A DNA stretch of 51,540 bases from Actinomycetota bacterium (lineage in GTDB: Bacteria; Actinomycetota; Acidimicrobiia; Acidimicrobiales; CADCSY01), in assembly GCA_016781105.1 (NCBI GenBank), contig JADDRA010000079.1, forward strand, positions 3,659-55,198. The letters are read 5' to 3'. Made by a program: the position numbers and the translations under genes. Below the pieces are notes generated by a model. That model was not told the DNA's origin and searched no databases. It saw only the letters and a list, made by a program, of their open reading frames with translations. Of the stretch, positions 44,305-51,540 are shown one piece after another; positions within the stretch are counted from its first letter, which is position 1; each line of letters begins with the position of its first letter.

Positions 44305-45690
44305 TCAGCGAGCCTGATCGAGGGATCCCGACGCGGCCATCACGGCGGCGGCCAGACGATCGGCCTCCCGCTCGGCCGACTCGACCGTTGGTGCCTCCAC
44401 CATGATCCGCACCACCGGCTCGGTGCCGCTGGCCCGCACGACCACCCGGCCGCGGTCGCCCAGCTCAGCCTGCACCTGGCTGACCTCGGGTGCCACCCGC
44501 TCGGCGAGGCCGGCGGCCACGCCGGCCACCGGCACCGCCCGCAGCACCTGGGGCAGCCGGGTCATGGCTGACCCCGCCAGCTCCGCCAGCGGAGTGCGAC
44601 GGCGGGCCACGACGCCGGCCAGCACCAGGCCGGTGAGCAGCCCGTCACCGGTGGTGGCCAGGTCGTGGAGGATGACGTGCCCCGACTGCTCCCCGCCGAG
44701 CGACCACCCGCCCCGGTCGAGCGCGGCCAGCACGTGGCGGTCGCCCACGGGCGTCTCCACCACCTCGATCCCCTGCGCCGACATGGCCCGGCGCAGCCCG
44801 AGGTTGGCCATGACCGTGACCACCACCGTGTCGCCCCGCAGGCAACCTCGCTCCTGGAGGTCGATGGCCAGCACGGCAATGATCTGGTCGCCGTCGACGA
44901 GCAGGCCCCGGTGATCCACGGCGATGACCCGGTCGGCGTCCCCGTCGAGGGCCAACCCGAGGTCGGCGCCGGTGTCGACCACCGCCCGGCACAGCGCTTC
45001 GGGGTGCGTGGAGCCGCAACCGGCGTTGATGTTGCGACCGTCGGGATCGGCGTGGAGGACCTGCACCTCGGCCCCGGCCCGGCGCAGCACCTCGGGGCCG
45101 ACGCCGGAGGCGGCCCCGTGGGCGGCGTCGAGCACCACCGCCAGCCCGTCGAGGCGGCGATCCTCCAGGCACGCCAGGAGATGCTCGACGTAGGCCGGTC
45201 CGGCGTCGCCACGGTCGGCGACCGGCCCGGGGGCTGGACCCGGCTGCCCGGCGGCAGCGAGGGGGGCGGCCCCGACCGCGGTGGCCACGCGCCGGTCGAG
45301 CTCGGCCTGGAGGCGGGCCTCGGCGCCGTCGGGCAGCTTGCGCCCCCCGGGCCCGAAGAACTTGATCCCGTTGTCGGAGAACACGTTGTGGGAGGCCGAG
45401 ATCACCGCTGCGGGCACCTCCTCGGTGGCCGAGACCCAGGCCACCCCGGGGGTGGGCAGGATCCCGAGGCGCTCCACCGCCACCCCTTCGGCAGCCAGTC
45501 CGGCGGCCAGCGCCGACTCGACGAAGGGGCCGGAGCGACGGGTGTCGCGCCCCACGACCATGCGGGCGTCCGGCCCCGGGGCCAGGACCACGGCTGCGGC
45601 CCGTCCGAGGGCGACGACGAGCTCGGGGCCCAGTTCGGTCTCGGCGCCCCGGATGCCGTCGGTGCCGAAGCGCAGGCGAGCTTCGCTCAC
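44305..45690 (-). CDS. glmM: Phosphoglucosamine mutase
   Basis: FGTDGIRG, ISASHN, DGDADR, GGEQSGH, RASGTEP; start approximate. Confidence 0.93.
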   Translation of the reverse strand: MSEARLRFGTDGIRGAETELGPELVVALGRAAAVVLAPGPDARMVVGRDTRRSGPFVESALAAGLAAEGVAVERLGILPTPGVAWVSATEEVPAAVISASHNVFSDNGIKFFGPGGRKLPDGAEARLQAELDRRVATAVGAAPLAAAGQPGPAPGPVADRGDAGPAYVEHLLACLEDRRLDGLAVVLDAAHGAASGVGPEVLRRAGAEVQVLHADPDGRNINAGCGSTHPEALCRAVVDTGADLGLALDGDADRVIAVDHRGLLVDGDQIIAVLAIDLQERGCLRGDTVVVTVMANLGLRRAMSAQGIEVVETPVGDRHVLAALDRGGWSLGGEQSGHVILHDLATTGDGLLTGLVLAGVVARRRTPLAELAGSAMTRLPQVLRAVPVAGVAAGLAERVAPEVSQVQAELGDRGRVVVRASGTEPVVRIMVEAPTVESAEREADRLAAAVMAASGSLDQAR

Positions 45691-45818
45691 CTCAGGCGAG
45701 CTGCGCTCGCCGCCAAGGGCAGGCTCGCTTCGCTCGCCGGAAACGGCAGGGTGCCGCCTTCGGCGGCGCTCATCTCCGTTCCGACGGTGCAGGCTCGCTG
45801 CGCTCGCCGCACCGTCGG
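45673..45818. repeat. Cluster of REP-like short palindromes between rpsI and glmM
   Basis: CAGGCGAGCT(T/G)CGCTC(A/G)CC twice, GCAGGCTCGCT(T/G)CGCTCGCCG twice, GCCGCCTTCGGCGGC, outer 10-bp IR CCGACGGTGC/GCACCGTCGG. Confidence 0.7.
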
Positions 45819-46214
45819 TCAGCGCTTCGAGTACTGGGGGGCTTTGCGGGCCTTCTTCAGGCCGTACTTCTTGCTCTCCTTCTCGCGGGCGTCGCGCAGC
45901 AAGAAGCCGGCCCGCTTGAGCTCGGCCCGCAGGTCGGAATCGAGGCTGATCAGGGCCCGGGCCACCCCCAGGCGCATGGCCCCGGCCTGGCCGGTCGTCC
46001 CGCCCCCGTCCATGGTGCACTCGATGTCGTAGGCGCCCTCGGTGTTGGTCAACCGGAGCGGCTCGGTCACCACCATGCGCTGGCTCTCCGAGGGGAAGTA
46101 GTCGTCGAGGGAGCGGTGGTTGACCGTGATGGCGCCCTCACCGTGGCGCAGGCGGACCCGAGCCACGGCCTGCTTGCGGCGTCCCGTCGTCTGGACCAGC
46201 GGCTTGTCGGCCAC
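45819..46214 (-). CDS. rpsI: 30S ribosomal protein S9
   Basis: [33 protein letters not shown]; GGAGG RBS before GTG 46214. Confidence 0.97.
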   Translation of the reverse strand: MADKPLVQTTGRRKQAVARVRLRHGEGAITVNHRSLDDYFPSESQRMVVTEPLRLTNTEGAYDIECTMDGGGTTGQAGAMRLGVARALISLDSDLRAELKRAGFLLRDAREKESKKYGLKKARKAPQYSKR

Positions 46215-46222
46215 GTTGCCTC

Positions 46223-46696
46223 CTAGCTCGCGCCCTGGCCGGGACCGCTCTGGTCCCGGCGGGCGGACGGGAGGTCCCATGCGACCGGCTGCTGGGCGGC
46301 GTGGGGGTGGGTGGGACCGGCGTAGACCTTCAGCTTGCGCAACGTGGCCCGCCCGAGCCGGTTCTTGGGCAGCATCCCCCGCACCGCTCGGCGCACCGCC
46401 TCCTCCGGCCGGGTCCGCAGGTCGTCGGCGTAGCGCGTGGCCCGCAGCCCTCCCGGGTAGCCGCTGTGGCGGTAGACGATCTTCTTGTCGGCCTTGTCGG
46501 CGGTCAGCACCACCTTGGCCGCGTTGACCACGATGACGTGATCACCGGTGTCGAGGTGGGGGGCGAAGGTCGCCTTGTGCTTGCCCCGCAGCACCCGGGC
46601 CACCTCGCTGGCCAGGCGGCCGAGGACCAAACCGTCGGCGTCGACCACGTGCCAGGCGCGGGTGAGGTCGGATTTCGCAGGGGAGAACGTGCGCAC
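46223..46696 (-). CDS. rplM: 50S ribosomal protein L13
   Basis: [33 protein letters not shown]. Confidence 0.97.
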   Translation of the reverse strand: MRTFSPAKSDLTRAWHVVDADGLVLGRLASEVARVLRGKHKATFAPHLDTGDHVIVVNAAKVVLTADKADKKIVYRHSGYPGGLRATRYADDLRTRPEEAVRRAVRGMLPKNRLGRATLRKLKVYAGPTHPHAAQQPVAWDLPSARRDQSGPGQGAS

Positions 46697-46774
46697 GGAA
46701 CCTTCTCGAGTTCGGCCGGCTTGCTCGGGAACGTGCCAGCTTAGGGTCGACGCTCCGCCGGCGACAACCGCCGG

Positions 46775-47386
46775 TCAGGGACGCCCGTCTCGACCCTCCC
46801 GGGACGCCGCCGGGGGCGGCCCGGTGGGGGGCGAGGCCGGCATGCCGGGGCGGGCGCCGAGGGCCGGAGGGACGTCGCTCGTGCTGTTCGCCGGGCTGGG
46901 ACCGGCCGGGGGTGGGGAGGACGAGGGCACGCGCTGCAGCTCTCGGGAAGCCCAGAGGGCCCCCGTGCCGGCCACCAGCACGAGAGCGAGGTCGCGCACG
47001 ATCGTGCCCGGACCGACCAGGGTCGGCACCTGGACGCCGGGATCGGCGACCAGCCCGAGATCGGCCACCAGGCGTAGGAGGAGCAGGAAGGTCGAGGCTG
47101 CCCCGACCGCGGTCGCACCCAGCACCACGCTCCTCGTGGCCTGGAGGTGCGGTGCGGCCCCACCGGGCTCGACCAGGCGGGCCAGGAGCACGGCCAGGGG
47201 GACCAGCACCAGCACGCCGAGGTCGAGGAGCTGGGTGCCGAGCTGGATCCGGGCCAGGAGGCCGAGCCGGACCTGCGAGGCGGCGCCCGGAAGGGCGAGC
47301 ATGTCGATCACCGCCGCGAGCAGCACCAGGGCGGTCGCGCCCACCAGGGCCAGGGCCAGGACCAGCCGGGGTGGTGCCTCGGTCAT
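46775..47386 (-). CDS. Hypothetical integral membrane protein
   Basis: About four hydrophobic helices and a Pro-rich tail; ATGA overlap with truA. Confidence 0.6.
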   Translation of the reverse strand: MTEAPPRLVLALALVGATALVLLAAVIDMLALPGAASQVRLGLLARIQLGTQLLDLGVLVLVPLAVLLARLVEPGGAAPHLQATRSVVLGATAVGAASTFLLLLRLVADLGLVADPGVQVPTLVGPGTIVRDLALVLVAGTGALWASRELQRVPSSSPPPAGPSPANSTSDVPPALGARPGMPASPPTGPPPAASREGRDGRP

Positions 47387-48180
47387 CCCGGGTCAGCTTC
47401 GCGCGCTGCCCGTGCCCGCGCCGCCGGCCCGTAGTCGACCCCCCACAGGCACAAGCCGTGGGGCGGGGCCAGCTGGCCGGCGCGGGACCGATCGCCCGAG
47501 GCGACCACCGCCCGCAGCTCACCCGCCCGCCGCCGCCCGGTCCCGGCCTCGACCAGGGTGCCCACCACGCTGCGCACCATCTGGTGGCAGAACGAGGAGG
47601 CCTCGATGTCGAAGCGCAGGATCCCCTCCCCCAGGTCGTGCCAGCGGGCGTCGAGCACCCGGCGCACCAACGAGGGCGGGCCCTGGCCCGGTCCCGGCCG
47701 GGGGCGGCGGCAGAAGGCGGCGAAGTCGTGCTCGCCGATCAGGGGGTCGCAGGCCAGACGCAGGGCGGCCAGGTCGAGGGGGGCGCCGATCCACCAGGCG
47801 GTGGGGGCCAGGAACGGGTCGGGCACGGGCCGGTTCACGATGGTGTAGCGGTAGCAACGGGCCCGGGCCGACCGGCGGGCGTCGAAGCCCTCGGCGGCCA
47901 CCTCGGCCTCGCGCACCACGATGCGGGGACCGCACTGGCGGTTGACGCCGCGCTGGAGCGCCACCAGGTCGACGTCGAGGCGCGGGGTGTCGAAGCTGAC
48001 CACCTGGCCCCAGGCGTGCACCCCGGCGTCGGTGCGACCCGCGCAGGTCAGGACCACCGGGTGGCCGAGCACCCGCCCCAGAGCGCCGGCCAGCGTCCCG
48101 CCCACCGTCTCCACGCCGGGGTTGGGGGCGAAACCGGAGAACCCCGCCCCGTGGTAGGCGATGGTCAGGCGCAGCCGCAC
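47383..48180 (-). CDS. truA: tRNA pseudouridine(38-40) synthase
   Basis: AGRTDAGVHA, FDARRSA, GEHDFAAF, FCHQMVR, APPHGL. Confidence 0.95.
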   Translation of the reverse strand: MRLRLTIAYHGAGFSGFAPNPGVETVGGTLAGALGRVLGHPVVLTCAGRTDAGVHAWGQVVSFDTPRLDVDLVALQRGVNRQCGPRIVVREAEVAAEGFDARRSARARCYRYTIVNRPVPDPFLAPTAWWIGAPLDLAALRLACDPLIGEHDFAAFCRRPRPGPGQGPPSLVRRVLDARWHDLGEGILRFDIEASSFCHQMVRSVVGTLVEAGTGRRRAGELRAVVASGDRSRAGQLAPPHGLCLWGVDYGPAARARAAREADPG

Positions 48181-48204
48181 CCGAGAGATCCCTCCTCCCG
48201 TTCC

Positions 48205-48255
48205 CGTTCTTTGTCGCCTTGCGAACCCAGGGGGTACGGAAAGCGACAAAGAACG
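48205..48255. repeat. 51-bp hairpin element (13-bp perfect arms, 25-nt spacer), copy B
   Basis: CGTTCTTTGTCGC (48205-48217) / GCGACAAAGAACG (48243-48255), just downstream of rplQ. Confidence 0.75.
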
Positions 48256-48263
48256 AGGGACTC

Positions 48264-48617
48264 CTAGACCAGCTCGATCCTCGCCATGGGGGCGTTGTCG
48301 CCATGGCGGGGACCGAGCTTGAGGATGCGGGTGTAGCCCCCGTTGCGCTCGGCGTAGCGGGGTCCGATCTCCTCGAACAGCTTGTGGGCCATGTCCTTGT
48401 CGCCGAGGAACGACACCACCTGGCGGTGGCGGTGCACGCCGCCCTTCTTGGCCTTGGTGATCATCTTCTCGGCCACCGGGCGCACGGCCTTGGCCTTGGC
48501 CACGGTGGTGACGATCCCCTCGGCGGCCACGAGGGAGGCCACCAGGTTGGCCATCATGGCCTTGTGGTGGGCGCTGGAGCCGCCGAAGCGACGGCCCTTG
48601 GGAGGCGTCCCGGGCAT
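48264..48617 (-). CDS. rplQ: 50S ribosomal protein L17
   Basis: [29 protein letters not shown]. Confidence 0.97.
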   Translation of the reverse strand: MPGTPPKGRRFGGSSAHHKAMMANLVASLVAAEGIVTTVAKAKAVRPVAEKMITKAKKGGVHRHRQVVSFLGDKDMAHKLFEEIGPRYAERNGGYTRILKLGPRHGDNAPMARIELV

Positions 48618-48620
48618 CTG

Positions 48621-49559
48621 CTACTCCTTGGTCCGCAGCGACAGGCCGCGCTCGTCGAGCTTCTCGGCCACCTCGTCGAGGGACTTCTGGCCGAAGTTGG
48701 TGATGGCGAGCAGGTCCTCCTCGGTCTTCTGCAACAGCTCGCCGATGCTGTTGACCTGGGCCCGCTTGAGGCAGTTCCGGGGCCGCTCGGAGAGGTCGAG
48801 GTCCTCGATGGGCAGGTCGAGGTCGGGAGATCCCACCGTCGAGCGGCCCACCTCGCCCAGCTCCAAACCGTGGGCGGCGTCGCTCATGTCGGCCACCAGC
48901 CCCATCAGCGACCGCAGCGTCTGGCCGGCCGAGGCCAGGGCCTCCCGCGGGGAGACCGACCCGTCGGTCTCGATGTCGAGCACCAGGCGATCGAAGTTGG
49001 TCGACTGCTCCACCCGGGTGGGCTCCACCGCGAAGGTCACCCGGCGCACGGGCGAGAAGATGGCGTCGACGGGGATGAGCCCGATGGTGGCCACGGTGCT
49101 GGCCCGGTCGGCCGAGACATAGCCCCGGCCCTGCTCCACGGTCAGGTCGACCGACAGCCTGCCCTTGGCGTTGAGGGTGGCCAGGTGCAGCTCGGGATTG
49201 AGGATCTCGACCTCGGCGCTGGCCTGGATGTCGCCGGCGGTCACCTCGGCCGGCCCCCGCACGTCGAGGCGCAGGACCACGGGGTGGTCGGCCACGCTGG
49301 TGAGCACCACGTCCTTGACGTTGAGGATGATGTCGGTCACGTCCTCGGTGACCCCGGCGATGGTGGTGAACTCGTGCAGGGCGTCGTCGAAGCGCACCTG
49401 GGTCACCGCCGCGCCCGGGATCGACGAGAGCAGGGTCCGGCGCAGGGCGTTGCCCAGCGTGTGCCCGAAGCCGGGCTCCAGGGGGCTGATGGCGAAGCGC
49501 TGCCGATTGGCATCGCGCTCGGTGACGGACTCGACGCTCGGACGTTGGATGACCAGCAT
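48621..49559 (-). CDS. rpoA: RNA polymerase alpha subunit
   Basis: PLEPGFGHTLGNALRRTLLSSIPG, NCLKRA, NFGQKS. Confidence 0.98.
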   Translation of the reverse strand: MLVIQRPSVESVTERDANRQRFAISPLEPGFGHTLGNALRRTLLSSIPGAAVTQVRFDDALHEFTTIAGVTEDVTDIILNVKDVVLTSVADHPVVLRLDVRGPAEVTAGDIQASAEVEILNPELHLATLNAKGRLSVDLTVEQGRGYVSADRASTVATIGLIPVDAIFSPVRRVTFAVEPTRVEQSTNFDRLVLDIETDGSVSPREALASAGQTLRSLMGLVADMSDAAHGLELGEVGRSTVGSPDLDLPIEDLDLSERPRNCLKRAQVNSIGELLQKTEEDLLAITNFGQKSLDEVAEKLDERGLSLRTKE

Positions 49560-49620
49560 TGGCCCTCTCTCCTTGTGATCCCGGTGTGGGTCCCGAGCCG
49601 GACGGGCGGCCCGGTGACGC

Positions 49621-50250
49621 CTACTTGCTGTAGAGCTCGACGATCAGCTGCTCACGGACGGGCACGTCGATGTGCTCCCGGAGCGGCACGTCTCGCACGG
49701 TGACCGACGCCGACTGGGGGTCCCCCTCCAACCACGGCGGCACCTGGCGGTCGAGCGTGTCGAGGTTGTGGCGGATCACGATCATGGCCTTGGCCCGCTC
49801 GCCCAGCTCGACGGCATCGCCCTTGCGCACGTTGTAGGAGGGGATGGTGACCCTCCGGCCGTTCACCTTGACGTGGCCGTGGCGCACCAGTTGACGCGAC
49901 TGGGAGCGGCTCGCTCCCCAGCCGGCGCGGAAGACCACGTTGTCGAGGCGCAGCTCGAGCATCCGCAGCAGGTTCTCGCCGGTGACGCCCTTCTGGCGGT
50001 TCGCCTCCTGGTAGAGGTTGCGGAACTGGCCCTCCATGAGGCCGTAGATGCGCCGAGCCTTCTGCTTCTCGCGCAGCTGCACCAGGTACTCGGAGTCCTT
50101 GCGCCGGAGCTGGGTGCGACCGTGCTCACCGGGCGGGTAGGGGCGCCGCTCGATGGGGCACTTCATGGTGTCGCACTTGGCCCCCTTGAGGAACAGCTTC
50201 ATCTTCTCGCGCCGGCACAGCCGGCACACCGGGCCGGTGTAGCGGGCCAT
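49621..50250 (-). CDS. rpsD: 30S ribosomal protein S4 (Cys-rich, Zn-binding type)
   Basis: [38 protein letters not shown]. Confidence 0.97.
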   Translation of the reverse strand: MARYTGPVCRLCRREKMKLFLKGAKCDTMKCPIERRPYPPGEHGRTQLRRKDSEYLVQLREKQKARRIYGLMEGQFRNLYQEANRQKGVTGENLLRMLELRLDNVVFRAGWGASRSQSRQLVRHGHVKVNGRRVTIPSYNVRKGDAVELGERAKAMIVIRHNLDTLDRQVPPWLEGDPQSASVTVRDVPLREHIDVPVREQLIVELYSK

Positions 50251-50648
50251 CAGACACGCCTCCGCTTGGGAGGACGGCACCCGTTGTGGGGCATGGGGGT
50301 GACGTCCTTGATGCCGGTGACCTCGATCCCCACGCTCATGATCGAGCGGATGGCCGTCTCCCGGCCCGAACCCGGTCCCTTGACCAGGACGTCGACCCGG
50401 CGCACGCCGTGCTCCATGGCTCGCCGGGCGCACTGCTCGGCGGCCATCTGGGCCGCGTAGGGGGTCGACTTGCGGGAACCCTTGAAGCCCACGTTGCCGG
50501 CCGAAGCCCAGGCGAGCACGTTGCCCTCCTGGTCGCTGATGCTCACGATGGTGTTGTTGAACGAGCTCTTGATGTGGGCGATCCCGTAGGTCACGTTCTT
50601 GCGCTCGCGTCGCCGGGGTCGGCGCCCGCCTGGCTTGGGCTTGGCCAC
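50250..50648 (-). CDS. rpsK: 30S ribosomal protein S11
   Basis: [34 protein letters not shown]. Confidence 0.97.
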   Translation of the reverse strand: MAKPKPGGRRPRRRERKNVTYGIAHIKSSFNNTIVSISDQEGNVLAWASAGNVGFKGSRKSTPYAAQMAAEQCARRAMEHGVRRVDVLVKGPGSGRETAIRSIMSVGIEVTGIKDVTPMPHNGCRPPKRRRV

Positions 50649-50652
50649 GTCG

Positions 50653-51030
50653 CTACTTCCTGACCTTCTTCTTGCCCGCCACCGTCTTCTTCGGACCCTT
50701 GCGGGTCCGGGCGTTGGTGTGGGTGCGCTGGCCGTGCACGGGCAGGCCCCGGCGGTGGCGCAACCCCTGGTAGGAGCCGATCTCCATCTTGCGCTTGATG
50801 TCGGTGGAGACCTCGCGGCGCAGGTCGCCCTCGACCCGCAGGTTCTGGTCGACCCAGCCCCGGATCTGGGCCACCTCGTCGTCGGTGAGGTCGCGCACGC
50901 GGGTGTCGGGGTCGACCCCCACGGCGGTGCACACCTCCCGGGCCCGGCTGGGCCCCACACCGTAGATGTAGGTGAGTGACACCTCCAGGCGCTTCTCGCG
51001 AGGGATGTCGACTCCTGAGATCCGTGCCAT
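50653..51030 (-). CDS. rpsM: 30S ribosomal protein S13
   Basis: [36 protein letters not shown]. Confidence 0.97.
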   Translation of the reverse strand: MARISGVDIPREKRLEVSLTYIYGVGPSRAREVCTAVGVDPDTRVRDLTDDEVAQIRGWVDQNLRVEGDLRREVSTDIKRKMEIGSYQGLRHRRGLPVHGQRTHTNARTRKGPKKTVAGKKKVRK

Positions 51031-51032
51031 GG

Positions 51033-51146
51033 CTACCCCTGCCGTTGCTTGTGGCGAGGATTGGTGCAGATCACACGCACGCGGCCGTGCCTGCGGATCA
51101 CCTTGCACTTCTCGCACATCGGTTTGACGCTCGGACGTACCTTCAT
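51033..51146 (-). CDS. rpmJ: 50S ribosomal protein L36 (absent from ORF track)
   Basis: [37 protein letters not shown], read directly from the sequence. Confidence 0.95.
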   Translation of the reverse strand: MKVRPSVKPMCEKCKVIRRHGRVRVICTNPRHKQRQG

Positions 51147-51370
51147 CACTTGTACCTGTAGGTGATCCGGCCCCGGGTGAGGTCGTAGGGGGTGAGCTCC
51201 ACCTGGACGCGATCCCCGGGCAGGATGCGGATGTAGTGCATCCGCATCTTTCCCGAGATGTGGGCGAGGACCTGGTGGCCGTTGTCGAGCTCGACCCGGA
51301 ACATGGCGTTGGGCAGCGGCTCGGTCACCTTCCCCTCCAGCACGATCGCGTCTTCCTTGGGCTTTGGCAG
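51146..51370 (-). CDS. infA: Translation initiation factor IF-1
   Basis: [39 protein letters not shown]; probable CTG start after a GGAAGG RBS. Confidence 0.95.
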   Translation of the reverse strand: MPKPKEDAIVLEGKVTEPLPNAMFRVELDNGHQVLAHISGKMRMHYIRILPGDRVQVELTPYDLTRGRITYRYK

Positions 51371-51540
51371 TGTCGATCCTTCCGGGGGTGTGGGTGGAAC
51401 GAGGAGGGGACGCATCCCTTCACCCGTCGCCGGACAGGACGCGCCGCGGCCCGAGGGCCGGTTCTTCATGGTAGCCACTCGCCCCCCCGCTTCCACAAGC
51501 GATGGGTGGACGGCAACCCGCGGGGGCACCCGGACGGCCC

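Overview
High-GC actinobacterial chromosome segment; gene content and order suggest Acidimicrobiia (inference). Most of it is housekeeping on the minus strand: infA-rpmJ-rpsM-rpsK-rpsD-rpoA-rplQ-truA, rplM-rpsI-glmM-glmS-acpS, nnr-CBS-alr-udg-tsaE-tsaB-rimI-tsaD, a perfect CIRCE before groES-groEL, guaB3-guaA, pcrA, sucCD-purN-purH-folD and metF-icd-aldh-lon-mdh. The most interesting part is a plus-strand insert between metF and folD (about 13.3-17.0 kb). It holds an uncalled 97-aa peptide with a leader-like N-terminus and an Asp-x-x repeat core, overlapping a JmjC/ROX-type Fe(II)/2OG oxygenase gene, which in turn overlaps a sucrase/ferredoxin-like gene. This is a candidate RiPP-like peptide-modification system, possibly making a metal chelator. 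Other oddities: three apparent CTG starts (including infA), a 1143-aa GlmS, a 13-bp tandem duplication of the guaA 3' integration hotspot, a 51-bp hairpin repeat family, REP-like repeats, a frameshifted clan-AA aspartyl protease, a degenerate Rieske-like protein and many apparently leaderless genes. No tRNA, rRNA, CRISPR array, integrase or transposase was recognised. All assignments come from reading motifs by eye; no database searches were run.
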